DNA from: Candidatus Bathyarchaeia archaeon
GTDB lineage: Archaea; Thermoproteota; Bathyarchaeia; Bathyarchaeales; Bathycorpusculaceae
Length of the DNA: 60,265 nucleotides
Assembly: GCA_050015395.1 (NCBI GenBank)
Contig: JBEKBM010000019.1
Span: forward strand, 1 to 60,265
Direction: 5' to 3'
The notes beneath the pieces were generated by a model. That model was not told the origin of the DNA and ran no database searches. It saw only the letters and a program-made list of their open reading frames with translations. Positions 17,843-27,951 of this stretch are shown here, piece after piece (the stretch's first letter is position 1; each line of letters begins with the position of its first letter). The position numbers and the translations under genes are program-made.

Positions 17843-19072
17843 CTAATACCTGTTCATTTTCGTTAGGAAATCAACTTCTTCAGGCGTGAATTTAAACCAA
17901 GAAGCTAGAGGGCTTGATTTTTGGTTTTGCAGTATGCTCTTGATGAATGGGACGAAATCATGTTTGGCTATTTCATGGGAAACATGGCATTGGGCTCCAA
18001 TTTTTCCGCAGATAGTGTCAAGCATTGTTCTTTTGCTTTTGGTCCAGAACAAAGTAATAATCCTGATAGGCGGCGAAATAAATTCAAAGGGCTTGTATGA
18101 TTTAGGCGCAACCGAGGCTGCTTTAGATAACGCGTTATAGAAGTACTTTAAAAGATGCCAGTGCTCAGTTCCGATCCTTCCTCGGAAAACATCAGCTTGA
18201 GAAACATAATCGTAGGCGGCAGCAAGCTCTGCTGGGTCAGTGTATCGTCTGGGGAGATTGTCGCTTACTGAAAGTAGAAAATCATCATAGTCAACGCTTG
18301 AGCGGCTAAGTAAACTTGATGCTTCCGCAATTGATTTTGCTGAGAAAAATCCTCTTAGTGTTTCGTCCATGCTTATGTCTTTGTTTCTTGAACTAAGCAT
18401 CATGGTGTCTTGAAGCGTGAGGACCTGGTTTTCTTCGCTTATGCTTTGCAGGTCGTTTATGGCTGACCGTACATCGCCTTTGCTGTTTTGGGCGATTCTC
18501 TCAAGCGCCTCAAACTCCGCTTTCACATGCTCAAGCAAACAAATCTTCTGCAATAATGCAATGATAAGCGGTATCCGGATTTGCTGGAAACGTATCAGTA
18601 AGCATACTTTCTTTAGCGGTCTTAGCTTGTCTATGTCAGGATCGTTTGCTGCCATTATAACTGGTACTCGGGAGTCTTCAACGATTTTTATTATGGCGCT
18701 TACTCCGCCTCTGTCCTCGTTGCCTGCGATGCCGTCAACCTCGTCGAGGAAGAGAAGGTTGCCTTTGCTTTCAGCTGAGAAAGTGTCTAAAGCAACAAAG
18801 GAAGTGGCTGGTTTAGCAATTTCATTGATCGCTTTTTCGGATCTTGTGTCGCTTGCGTTCATTTCAATAGTGATAAACCCAAACTCTTTTGCGGCAGCAT
18901 TGGCAAGTGCTGTTTTACCAACTCCAGGTGGTCCATAAAGTAAAACTGCCTTTTTACTTCGCCGCTTGCTTTTCAGCCACTCGATAAAGGCGGCTTTCGC
19001 TTCTTCGTTACCGATTATGTCTTCTATTTTTTTTGGGCGGTACTTTTCAACCCATAAAAGATCATTTCTCAA
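17843..19072 (-). CDS. rfcL: Replication factor C large subunit
   Basis: WVEKYRPK, GPPGVGKT, EMNASD.R, LDEVDG, GDVRSAINDLQ. Confidence 0.96.
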   Translation of the reverse strand: MRNDLLWVEKYRPKKIEDIIGNEEAKAAFIEWLKSKRRSKKAVLLYGPPGVGKTALANAAAKEFGFITIEMNASDTRSEKAINEIAKPATSFVALDTFSAESKGNLLFLDEVDGIAGNEDRGGVSAIIKIVEDSRVPVIMAANDPDIDKLRPLKKVCLLIRFQQIRIPLIIALLQKICLLEHVKAEFEALERIAQNSKGDVRSAINDLQSISEENQVLTLQDTMMLSSRNKDISMDETLRGFFSAKSIAEASSLLSRSSVDYDDFLLSVSDNLPRRYTDPAELAAAYDYVSQADVFRGRIGTEHWHLLKYFYNALSKAASVAPKSYKPFEFISPPIRIITLFWTKSKRTMLDTICGKIGAQCHVSHEIAKHDFVPFIKSILQNQKSSPLASWFKFTPEEVDFLTKMNRY

Positions 19073-20067
19073 TAAGTTTCCCCTATGGCTTTACCAAATT
19101 TTGCGAATTGCGCTAGCAACGCGCTTAACTGGATGTCGCTGTTGGCGCCTTGCGTTAAGCGGTAATCGTACTCGCCGATGGTGTTTGATAGGTCGGCTTT
19201 TTGTTCAGGCGTAAGATCTGACATTTTGAATATCTCGCGCTGTATTTGGCGCACTATTTCAGAGCCTGAAAAGCCGTAGGACCCCATTATTTCATACATT
19301 GTTTTCCTTGCTTCAATAAAGTCGCCGAATAATGCTTTCCTAATCATTTTTTGAACTTGCATTGGGCTGGCTTCCCCGATGACCAGCAAGACTGTCTTCT
19401 CGTCTACCACCCCTTCCTTGTACGCTGAAGCTGTCTGCAAAGCGTTTATGGCGTGTCTAAGGTCGCCTTCTGAATAATCAACTATTCTTTCAGCTGCTTC
19501 AGGCAACAGGTTAACTTTTTCTTTTTTGGCTATGCACTGTAGCTGCTCTTTCATCGCTTGCTTATCTAGCCTTGAAAATCTGAATATTGCGCAACGGCTC
19601 TGTATTGGTTCAATTATTTTGCTTGATTGGTTACATATCAGAATGAACCTGGATGTGCGAGAGCTGGTTTCCATTATTCTTCTCAGCGCTGTCTGCGCAG
19701 GGCCAGTCATTTGGTCACACTCATCCAGAATAATCAGCGCAAACGGCACATTGCCAAAACCTGAACGGCTGTAACGTGAAAAATCCTTGACTCTTTCACG
19801 TACAGTGTCTATGCCTCTTTCATCAGATGCATTGAGCTCAAGTGTAAAGCTTTTCCAGTTTGGACCAAAAAGTTCATGCGCAATGCAAAGAGCAAGCGTC
19901 GTTTTCCCAGTGCCCGGTATCCCCGCGAACATCAGGTGAGGCATCGTTTTTGGTTTTCGCATGAAGGATTTAAGGCTTTCAACGATGTCGTGTAAGTCTA
20001 CAACCTCGTTTAGGTTTTTCGGGCGATACTTTTCCACCCACATAAGCGCTTCTTCATTAACTGCCAT
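19069..20067 (-). CDS. rfcS: Replication factor C small subunit
   Basis: WVEKYRP, ELNASDERGIDTVR, LDECD, IIEPIQSRC; start taken at ATG 20067. Confidence 0.97.
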   Translation of the reverse strand: MAVNEEALMWVEKYRPKNLNEVVDLHDIVESLKSFMRKPKTMPHLMFAGIPGTGKTTLALCIAHELFGPNWKSFTLELNASDERGIDTVRERVKDFSRYSRSGFGNVPFALIILDECDQMTGPAQTALRRIMETSSRTSRFILICNQSSKIIEPIQSRCAIFRFSRLDKQAMKEQLQCIAKKEKVNLLPEAAERIVDYSEGDLRHAINALQTASAYKEGVVDEKTVLLVIGEASPMQVQKMIRKALFGDFIEARKTMYEIMGSYGFSGSEIVRQIQREIFKMSDLTPEQKADLSNTIGEYDYRLTQGANSDIQLSALLAQFAKFGKAIGETY

Positions 20068-20171
20068 CAAGGTAACCTTCAACACAAATACACAATAACG
20101 TGCTTTAATTTAGTAATTTAACTTTTCCCTAGCAATCTAACTTTAATCTGGCAAATATACTGAATCGTTAG

Positions 20172-20513
20172 TCAGCCGATTTTGCTTCCTTCAGCAATAT
20201 CCTTCTCAGGCACAAGCACCACAACGTTTCCTTCACTATCTTCAGCTGCTAAAATCATGCATTGCGATTCCACACCCGCCAACAGGCGCCTTTGAAGATT
20301 CAAAAGGAAAACGCATTTTTTGCCAACCAATTCCTCAGGCGTATACCACTTAAGTAGACCTGCAACCGCCTGCCTTTTCTCTGAACCAAACTCAACAATT
20401 ATTTTGATTAGTTTTTTTGAATTGGGAACTGGGGTTGCTTCAATTATTTTTCCTATCCGCAAGTCAAGTCTTTCGAACTCAGCGAATGATATTTCTTCAG
20501 CCAAACAATTCAC
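20172..20513 (-). CDS. Stand-alone tRNA-binding OB-fold protein (MetRS C-terminal/Trbp111/CsaA-like)
   Basis: ISFAEFERLDLRIGKI, SKKL, RQAVAGL, GVESQCMILAA. Confidence 0.92.
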   Translation of the reverse strand: MNCLAEEISFAEFERLDLRIGKIIEATPVPNSKKLIKIIVEFGSEKRQAVAGLLKWYTPEELVGKKCVFLLNLQRRLLAGVESQCMILAAEDSEGNVVVLVPEKDIAEGSKIG

Positions 20514-20527
20514 GCTCTAGCGATAGT

Positions 20528-21217
20528 TTAGTTTTCAGTGATATTTACTTTGCTTTCCTTTGCAAGCCTGATTCTTTCTTTAGTCGCTAACTTGTGAGCT
20601 TGCAGCAGCGGCTCAGGAATTCGGCTTTTGGCACAGTGCTTAACGATTTTGATTGCTGTTTCAAGGGACACCATGTGACCAATGCTCACGTAAATGGGTT
20701 TGGCACCCTGCTTTGTAGTCACGACGGCACCGATGACTTCGCCCTTATCAACCAAAAAGATTTCCCCATCTCCCTCGACTGGCGTACCTATCAACCTGCT
20801 TTTTGCAGCGCCAACAGTCGGTTTTCCAATTGCAAGTCCAAGATGACTGGCAAATCCGCACCTATACGGATGCGCTAGTCCCTGTGCATCAACAAGGAAA
20901 ACATCGGGCTGAACCTTCAACTTATTTATTGCTGCCATCGCAGGAGGAATTTCCCTAAAAGACAGCAAAGTTGGAATATAGGGCATCCTAACTTGGCAGG
21001 TTGCAACTTGAGTTTCCAAAAGCTCCAACGAGTCATAATCCAAAACCGTTAATGCGCCGATGCCGATGTTGCCAACGTATGAAACATCAACGCCCGCAAC
21101 AGTTTTAATTTTTGATGGTAACCTATCATCTAAAATAATTTTCCGCGATAAACAAAGCTGGGTCTTGTGTGCCTTTTGTACGGAAAAATTTTCCATTAAC
21201 TTGCGTGGTTTACTCAA
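20528..21217 (-). CDS. nfi: Endonuclease V
   Basis: VAGVDVSY, PYIPTLLSFRE, VDAQGLAHP, ASHLG, YVSIGH, RIPEP. Confidence 0.95.
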   Translation of the reverse strand: MSKPRKLMENFSVQKAHKTQLCLSRKIILDDRLPSKIKTVAGVDVSYVGNIGIGALTVLDYDSLELLETQVATCQVRMPYIPTLLSFREIPPAMAAINKLKVQPDVFLVDAQGLAHPYRCGFASHLGLAIGKPTVGAAKSRLIGTPVEGDGEIFLVDKGEVIGAVVTTKQGAKPIYVSIGHMVSLETAIKIVKHCAKSRIPEPLLQAHKLATKERIRLAKESKVNITEN

Positions 21218-21885
21218 ATGTTAACCTTTTTTGCTCTGCGTTTAGTGCCTTGTTTTATCGGCTGAAATTTCTTTAAGTAATCTTCAAGGGATTTTCTGCG
21301 AATTTCCAACGTCACATCGCCGCGTGTGGCTTCAATTATTCTTCTTGCAATGTCAGATTTGTGCCTGAGTCCTGGAACAAGCATGTAAGCCTCATCAAGA
21401 GCCAATAACTGAATGAACACTTGGTCCATGACTTCTAGGCATTCTTCTCCTTTTTTAACCTCGCCTTCGCGTAAATTGTCAAGTGCTAAGCGCCTGTATT
21501 CACCTATAACATCTGCTAAACCAAGCACATAATCAACCGAAGGCACATTAATCTCAGCAGGCGTTACAAAACGCGATTCCTTAACTAATATTAAAAATAT
21601 GCGTGCTTCTGAATATTCCTGAAGCGCTGCACTAAACATGCCACCGTAAATAATCTCAGGATACTCCTTAGATAAAACCTGAAGGCTTGAAATTTTCTCT
21701 TTAGCGTTCTCAATAAATTTTTCAGCCTCAGCATATTTTTTCTGGTGAATTAGCAATATCGCTTGTTTGGATAGGCTTGTTGCTTTCCGCATGCTTTCCT
21801 GTGTTTCTTCGCGAATTTTATTTTTTTGCATAAGCTCCGTTTTTACTTCTTGTAGAATAGTTTCTAAAGAGGACAAACTTATCAT
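21214..21885 (-). CDS. Translin/Trax (C3PO) family protein
   Basis: ALQEYSEA, DYVLGLADVIGEYRR, LRHKSDIAR. Confidence 0.9.
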   Translation of the reverse strand: MISLSSLETILQEVKTELMQKNKIREETQESMRKATSLSKQAILLIHQKKYAEAEKFIENAKEKISSLQVLSKEYPEIIYGGMFSAALQEYSEARIFLILVKESRFVTPAEINVPSVDYVLGLADVIGEYRRLALDNLREGEVKKGEECLEVMDQVFIQLLALDEAYMLVPGLRHKSDIARRIIEATRGDVTLEIRRKSLEDYLKKFQPIKQGTKRRAKKVNI

Positions 21886-21923
21886 CTACTTAGACTGATT
21901 GCTTGGTTATTTATTTCAATTTC

Positions 21924-22197
21924 GTGACATGCTCCCACCCTTGAAAGGATGTGGGCTTCCTGCTTCAGCGAATACCCGATGAATTCTCCGACATGCTTTC
22001 AATCGCCCTTGTCCAGGGTTACTCCGCATCTGCACCAATCCAGCTTCGGCTTTACGTGTAGCAGGAGTATGCAGAAGCTCGCTATCACGACCAGTTGCCT
22101 ACGGGTCTGCCGGTTAGAAACAGTGTGATGAGACCCGCTTTTAAACTGTTCACTTTCATCCCACCCATAAATGGTGTGGGGATTCCCGCTCACCTTG
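21924..22197 (-). mobile_element. Non-autonomous IS200/IS605-family mini-element, possibly encoding an omegaRNA scaffold
   Basis: Two related subterminal imperfect palindromes (22158-22183, 21934-21955); left end CAAG follows TTAG; right end GAAGCCC...GGGAGCATGTCAC; no tnpA or tnpB ORF. Confidence 0.8.
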
Positions 22198-22236
22198 CTA
22201 AAAATTTTAACGTTTACTTGCCTTTGTTTATGGCTG

Positions 22237-22419
22237 TTAGGAGCCAGTCCATTTCTCAATTAGGACTTTACTGTCGCCTAGGGCGAAGCTTACTTTGACG
22301 AATATTGAGTCTGTTACTTTAAATGGAAACATGCTGTCTTCCGCTAGGTCTTTAGGAAGGTAGACAAGGTATTTGCCATCCTTTCTTCTAAACAAGCGCC
22401 CTCTTCCTTCGCTCACCAT
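22237..22419 (-). CDS. Small AbrB-like hypothetical protein
   Basis: MVSEGRGRLFRRKDGKYLVYLPKDLAEDSMFPF; ATG 22419. Confidence 0.75.
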   Translation of the reverse strand: MVSEGRGRLFRRKDGKYLVYLPKDLAEDSMFPFKVTDSIFVKVSFALGDSKVLIEKWTGS

Positions 22420-22695
22420 AGTAACAACCGCTTGGCAGTTAAGCATAAGGCAAAAAATAAGTATTTAAATTTATCCAACCTCTCGTCTGAAGAACGCATT
22501 AATCTGGTGCAAAACCCACTTGACGTATATCAATGGACATGGGTGACAAGTAACAATGTACATGCGTGACGTGAAAGAACAGTTAAAAACAAGCTCTGTT
22601 CGCTAAAAGGCGCTGAAAACAAACGCTAAATATATCTAAAAAATATTATGTTTTATTTCGATGAACTTCAAACACTCAAATTTTCAAAATCCGAC

Positions 22696-23658
22696 TTAGT
22701 TGTTTCCAACCTGAATAGGCTTCTCTAGTCTGCTTAATAGTACGACTCTGCTTTCTTGTGCTTCATTAATAACTTTGTACCCAGTCTTCTCAGCTAACTG
22801 CCCAGCAAAATCCTTAACTTCGCTGTGCAAAGGCATGTTTTCAAAGCCCAAGCGAAGATTTGAAAAACCAATATGCATATACGCTTTTGCTTCAATGTAC
22901 GTGGGATTGGCTTTTTCAACAATTTTAGCATATTCATCTATATGGTTCATGTTGTGGTCTTTAACCAGTGTCATGCGAATTACTGTGGGGCAATGGAAAC
23001 TCTGCAATAAACCAAGCGTTTCGTTTAATTTTGTCCAAGCGCTGGGAAATTGAGGGCGGCAAACCTGCTTGTATACCTGCTCGTTTGGTGCGCATACTGA
23101 AATGTAGAGTTGGGTCGGTTCTTGGCTTAGTTTTGAAAGTTTAGTTGGCAAAGTGCCGTTGGAAACAAGAAAAGTGGTGAAACCTTTTTGATGAAATGCC
23201 TGAATCAACTCTCCAAGCGGCTCGTAAAGCGTCGGTTCACCAGTTAAACTTATCGCCACATGCTTAGGCGTTAGGGCTTCTTGGAATTTGCGCCAGTTTG
23301 TTTTTGGGTTTCCCTTGTATCCAGTTAAAATTTTTTCTTGTGCCTTAAGGCTTCCCTGAATAATTTCTTCTGGTGAGTCTACCCTTGGAATTTTCAATTC
23401 GTCCCAAGTAACCTGCAAGTCTCCGCTTTGGGCTCTCCAACAGAACAAGCATTGTTGTGTGCAATAGTAAAGGGAAGGTGACATTTGAATGCACCTGTGC
23501 GATTTTATGCCGTAAAACTTCTGTTTATAACACGGTCTATCATTAACTATGGATTCATAAAGCCACTTACACCTTTTAACCGCTGAATGACTGCCTACCA
23601 AATGGTATTTTTGCTTCTTTAAAGCGCCTAAAAGCGTGGCGGCAGTGTTTTTTTCCAA
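22696..23658 (-). CDS. taw1: 4-demethylwyosine synthase Taw1/Tyw1 (radical SAM)
   Basis: HSAVKRCKW, CYKQKFYGIKSHRCIQM, CTQQCLFCWR, SLTGEPTLY. Confidence 0.96.
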   Translation of the reverse strand: MEKNTAATLLGALKKQKYHLVGSHSAVKRCKWLYESIVNDRPCYKQKFYGIKSHRCIQMSPSLYYCTQQCLFCWRAQSGDLQVTWDELKIPRVDSPEEIIQGSLKAQEKILTGYKGNPKTNWRKFQEALTPKHVAISLTGEPTLYEPLGELIQAFHQKGFTTFLVSNGTLPTKLSKLSQEPTQLYISVCAPNEQVYKQVCRPQFPSAWTKLNETLGLLQSFHCPTVIRMTLVKDHNMNHIDEYAKIVEKANPTYIEAKAYMHIGFSNLRLGFENMPLHSEVKDFAGQLAEKTGYKVINEAQESRVVLLSRLEKPIQVGNN

Positions 23659-23873
23659 GGTTTCACCGAATTCTATTCATACTTTGAATCTTCTGTCCCT
23701 TAAAAATCCCGTTGATTAAAAGAATTTTTGGCTTGAAATCAGATTTTTTCAGGTTGCTTTAGCTTGTTCAGTCTTTCTATCCAACCATTTAATGGCAAAG
23801 TTTAAAATCAACTCTTAGTTAAATCATCAGTCATTAAAGATATGGATGACTATTATCGGGAGAGCCGAGTGGT

Positions 23874-25997
23874 TTGAATAAAAAAATTGGTGCAGTTACC
23901 CTCTTAGTCTTAATGTCCTTAGCCGTTGCACTTACACCCATCGCTATAGTCTTTGGGCAAAGCCTTGGTGTAGGAATTATACAGGTAGCTCCGATAGCTC
24001 CGGCAGGCTCCTCAACTATAGTTACCGGACAAAGCCAATATAATGGGACTGTAGGTCAAGCTTTTAATCTTAAAGGAACTATTTACACAACTAACGGTTC
24101 CTACCAAGTAATATTAGACCAAAATGTTATTGCATCTGGCATTTCTGATGGATATTACGTTAATGCAAACTTTACTGTACCTGCGTTTCCAAGCGGCAGT
24201 TATGATTTAATTCTTAGAGACGTCGCAGCTAACATAAATTCCACTGGCACTACGCCTGAATCATTCCAAGTTTTAACTGGTTACCACATAAGCGCAGTCC
24301 CTTCAAAAACACAGGAAGGAAGCAGTATAGCATTGAGTGTCACTGTCAATGGAGGGGTTCCAAACACCGTCTATGTTGCGAATGTTTCCGTTGTACTTCC
24401 AAGCCCACTTAACACAGAATATTCAGAAATAGTGCCAATGGGAACCTCTAACCAAGATGGAATTGCAACTGCGCAAGTCACTTATCCAGACAGTAGCTTC
24501 CAACCGAATGGTAATACCACCGATTATGTAGGTACATACAATGTTTACTTTAACCAGTCTATCCCTTTGGCGCAAAACCAATTTTCCATTGGCTTCCTTG
24601 ATTCAACCACATATCATAGAGGGGACACAGTAACAATAGGAGCGACAGGTTACACACCGAATCAGGCTGCGACACTGAGCATCACCAACGATGCAACCGG
24701 TGCAACTCTCGGCTCGCCTGAACCAGAAACAGCTTCAGCTGATGGCGTAATCAATGCAACATGGGTGGTTCCCTCAAACGCTGTAATTGGAAAATATAAT
24801 GTAACAATAACTCCTACAGGCACTCAGAAAGCGATACAAGACGTAGAGACCTTTTCGGTTCCAGGATACTCTATTCAAGTTAAAACAGTAAACCTGGCCA
24901 GTGCAGTTGTTCCTCAAATAAAAGTTCAAGCCTTAGATCAAGCAAGCGGCACAGTTTATAACGGTACAAGCGGATCAGATGGCATAGTCGACTTGAAGCT
25001 TGAAACAGGCATTTGTTCTTTGACTGCGTTTTGGAACGGCGTTAACGTTGGAGAAACCACCATAACTGTCACAGGCAACGGCACTTTCACTATGATATGC
25101 CAATTAACTGATCTTAAAATACTAGTTCAAAACGAAAATGGAATTACACTGCCGTTTGTGAATTTAGCCATTACATACCAATATCAACAGTCAAATGGTA
25201 CCACTCAAACAGGAAATGTTTCAGGTCAAACAGACCCTTCAGGAACCTACACATTAAACTCGACCCTAACTGGAATAAGCTATACTATAAACGCTTCATT
25301 ATACAATCAAGTTTTCAACTCTGGCAACAATACCGTTAACAATCTTCCGGCACAGGCACTCTCAGAAGTAGTGATTATATGTCCAAACGAAGCATTAACA
25401 ATCAATGTAGTTGGTTATAATAAAGCTGCAATCCCTGGTGCCAGCATAAACCTCGTTGAATTAACAAGTGGCTTATTCTATACTGCTACAACCGATAGCT
25501 CAGGCTCAGCTACCAGCCAAGTTACTTTTGGAATGTACAGGTTACAAATTTATAAAGACAGCATTCTAATCAACGAAACAAACATCGACGCTTTCAATGA
25601 CAGTCAACAACAAATAGTTTGCACACTTTACGGCATTCAAGTATCAGTATCAGTCGTTGACTTCTTCGGTACGCCGATTTCAAACGCTAACGTCACATTA
25701 AATGGGCCAGCAACAGAGCAACTCTCAGCTATAACTCCAGGCGACGGAACTGCAACTTTCAATAATGTTATTGGTGGTGACATGCAGATAGTAGCGTTTG
25801 CTCAAGGAGCACAGAATAGTTATCAAGCTGTAACTCTAACCGTTGATAAGCCAACTTCAGTTAAGATACAAATGGATGGGTATATTGTTCTCGGATCACT
25901 CTTGATACCAGTAAGCTCATTTATCGCCATAGTCATAATATTGGTAGCCATCATCCTGTTGGCTATCGTTGAAGTTTATAGGCGAAAAAAGAGTTAA
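23874..25997 (+). CDS. Membrane-anchored surface glycoprotein with repeated beta-sandwich (carboxypeptidase-regulatory-like) domains
   Basis: Signal peptide, repeated TD..G.A motifs, many NxT sites, C-terminal TM + RRKK. Confidence 0.8.
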   Translation: MNKKIGAVTLLVLMSLAVALTPIAIVFGQSLGVGIIQVAPIAPAGSSTIVTGQSQYNGTVGQAFNLKGTIYTTNGSYQVILDQNVIASGISDGYYVNANFTVPAFPSGSYDLILRDVAANINSTGTTPESFQVLTGYHISAVPSKTQEGSSIALSVTVNGGVPNTVYVANVSVVLPSPLNTEYSEIVPMGTSNQDGIATAQVTYPDSSFQPNGNTTDYVGTYNVYFNQSIPLAQNQFSIGFLDSTTYHRGDTVTIGATGYTPNQAATLSITNDATGATLGSPEPETASADGVINATWVVPSNAVIGKYNVTITPTGTQKAIQDVETFSVPGYSIQVKTVNLASAVVPQIKVQALDQASGTVYNGTSGSDGIVDLKLETGICSLTAFWNGVNVGETTITVTGNGTFTMICQLTDLKILVQNENGITLPFVNLAITYQYQQSNGTTQTGNVSGQTDPSGTYTLNSTLTGISYTINASLYNQVFNSGNNTVNNLPAQALSEVVIICPNEALTINVVGYNKAAIPGASINLVELTSGLFYTATTDSSGSATSQVTFGMYRLQIYKDSILINETNIDAFNDSQQQIVCTLYGIQVSVSVVDFFGTPISNANVTLNGPATEQLSAITPGDGTATFNNVIGGDMQIVAFAQGAQNSYQAVTLTVDKPTSVKIQMDGYIVLGSLLIPVSSFIAIVIILVAIILLAIVEVYRRKKS

Positions 25998-26130
25998 ACA
26001 ATCCCGTGGAAGCTAAATATGCAATTTTATCCCTGATAAGAAAAAAGTTTATATGGCTTCCAAATAACATTAAGAAACTATAAAGACAAAACATCACAAC
26101 ATATTTTGATTTGACAATGAGGTGTATCTA

Positions 26131-26421
26131 TTGGCTCAACCAAAAGCTTGTTCTCCAACATGCCCTTCTTTTAAGTGCAGCCAAAACTCTGCCTTCTACC
26201 GACGAGACTCTATTTGGTGTAAATGGACCGAAGAAATGTGCAATGTCGCAAACTGCACATATTCTATGTGCTTAAAAAGGCGGTTGTTGCCAAAAGGAGT
26301 ATGCGGCGAAACCGTCAAACGCCAAACCGTTGAAAAAGACATTGACGACGATTTCCTGGGTGAATCAATAAAACTTAAAGGAAAAGCTTTGCGCAAACTC
26401 GGAGACAAAGAAATCTATTAA
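26131..26421 (+). CDS. Cys-rich small protein
   Basis: Eight Cys (CSPTCPSFKC..CKW...C...C...C...C); GAGGTG RBS before TTG 26131. Confidence 0.75.
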   Translation: MAQPKACSPTCPSFKCSQNSAFYRRDSIWCKWTEEMCNVANCTYSMCLKRRLLPKGVCGETVKRQTVEKDIDDDFLGESIKLKGKALRKLGDKEIY

Positions 26422-26447
26422 TGTAAACTAAAAACTAAAAACTGAGT

Positions 26448-26470
26448 TACTCGTGCTAAAAATACGAGTA
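26448..26470. terminator. Hairpin between convergent genes
   Basis: TACTCGTG-CTAAAAA-TACGAGTA. Confidence 0.5.
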
Positions 26471-26478
26471 TCCCCTTC

Positions 26479-26640
26479 TTATTTTGATTGAACACGTTTA
26501 ACTACTGGGGGTTTAACTTTTTTCAGAATCCTATAGCCACAGATGATACATTTGGTCTCTCCGCCACGCAGTTCTAATTCTTCGGATGGCACTCTTGCCC
26601 CGCATCTCATGCATTCATAAACAATTCCTGACTTTTCCAT
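26479..26640 (-). CDS. rpoP: RNA polymerase subunit Rpo12/RpoP (not in ORF track)
   Basis: MEKSGIVYECMRCGARVPSEELELRGGETKCIICGYRILKKVKPPVVKRVQSK*. Confidence 0.95.
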   Translation of the reverse strand: MEKSGIVYECMRCGARVPSEELELRGGETKCIICGYRILKKVKPPVVKRVQSK

Positions 26641-26719
26641 TAGAAACGCCTCTTGCTACAAAGAAAAGTATTTTGCTTTTAAATGTTTCCAATGCCTTGC
26701 TATTAATGAGGATATAACG

Positions 26720-27586
26720 TTGAGAAAAAGGCTTCGGGAAAAACTTTCCACCGCCTTATCTTCGGCAGAGTTAAACCTAATTTACAACTCTTTTGACGTA
26801 ATAGGCGACATAGCAATCATTAAGGTGCCAAACGGCAATATCCTCAACGCTGAAAAAGTAGCAAACCAAATAATGGCTGTCCACAGAAACGTGAAAACAG
26901 TTTTTGCCCAAACTAGTCCCGTCCTGGGTGATTTTAGGGTTAGGGAACTAAGATTGTTGGCAGGCGAAGACAAAACAAGCACCAAATATAAAGAATCAGG
27001 TTGCGTGTTTGCGGTTGATGTTGAAAAATGTTATTTTTCACCCAGGCTTTCGCATGAGAGATTACGGATCGCAAGCCTAGTTAAGGGTGGCGAGACGGTT
27101 GTTAACATGTTTTCAGGCGTCGGCTGTTTTAGCATAGTAATCGCTAAAACCGTGAGCCAAACTAAAGTGTTCTCGATTGATGTTAACCCAATCGCAGTTC
27201 AATACATGGAGGAGAACGTTAGAATCAATAGGGTTTACGGTAAAGTAATTCCTTTGCTTGGCGACTCAAAAGACATTATTAATGCTCAACTGCAAGGGAA
27301 GGCTGACCGTGTCTTGATGCCTTTGCCTGAAAAAGCCCTCGAATACCTGCCCTATGCAGTTTCAGCCCTCAAAAAACATGGCGGTTGGATCCACTACTAT
27401 GATTTTCAACATGCAGCGGGCAACGAAAAACCAGTTGAGAAAACCAAGTTGAAGGTAGCCCAAAAACTTGATAGTCTCGGCATAGGTTACATTTTTGCTT
27501 TTTCTCGTGTGGTTCGAAGCACGGGTCCTAACTGGTACCAAACCGTTCTCGATATACAGGTCACTTCGTTGCCAAGCAAGTTTTAA
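26720..27586 (+). CDS. Trm5/Taw2 (Met-10+-like) SAM-dependent tRNA modification enzyme
   Basis: FDVIGDIAII, YFSPRLSHER.RI, VVNMFSGVG.FSI, DVNP.A, ADRVLMPLP. Confidence 0.92.
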   Translation: MRKRLREKLSTALSSAELNLIYNSFDVIGDIAIIKVPNGNILNAEKVANQIMAVHRNVKTVFAQTSPVLGDFRVRELRLLAGEDKTSTKYKESGCVFAVDVEKCYFSPRLSHERLRIASLVKGGETVVNMFSGVGCFSIVIAKTVSQTKVFSIDVNPIAVQYMEENVRINRVYGKVIPLLGDSKDIINAQLQGKADRVLMPLPEKALEYLPYAVSALKKHGGWIHYYDFQHAAGNEKPVEKTKLKVAQKLDSLGIGYIFAFSRVVRSTGPNWYQTVLDIQVTSLPSKF

Positions 27587-27622
27587 TAGCTTAATAGTTA
27601 ACTATCTATTTCGTGAAGAAAA

Positions 27623-27892
27623 ATGAAGCGAAAATTAATGGAAATCTTGGCTTGCCCCATAGACAAGTACCATCCCCTTGAACTTCACGTTTTCGAAGAA
27701 AAAGACGAGATAGTGGAAGGCTTAATCGTTTGCCCCAAATGTTTACGATGGTATCCTATACGCGATGAAATTCCAGAAATGCTCCCTGATGAGCTGCGGA
27801 AAGAATCTGAAGACCTGCCTTTCTTGAAGAAATGGAAGGAAAAAATTCCTGAAAAAATAGTTTCTGAAGGAAAACCCTTCAACTTAAAGTAA
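27623..27892 (+). CDS. Trm112-family methyltransferase activator
   Basis: LMEILACPIDK...GLIVCPKC.RWYPIRDEIPEMLP. Confidence 0.92.
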   Translation: MKRKLMEILACPIDKYHPLELHVFEEKDEIVEGLIVCPKCLRWYPIRDEIPEMLPDELRKESEDLPFLKKWKEKIPEKIVSEGKPFNLK

Positions 27893-27951
27893 AATGTTAT
27901 AAGTAAATTTCAATAAATCAGTAACTCCTTACTTCATAAGGAGAGGTAAGC

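Noticed and set aside
3479-20067. Inteins in mcm, rfcS or rfcL
   Set aside because: Protein lengths are normal and motifs are contiguous
21999-22298. ORFs 21999-22259 (with CRCG..LD) and 22095-22298
   Set aside because: They span the mini-element boundary and have no RuvC motifs; at most a trace of tnpB
22450-22690. Possible C/D-box sRNA in the spacer
   Set aside because: Only partial box-like words; no convincing C-D'-C'-D spacing
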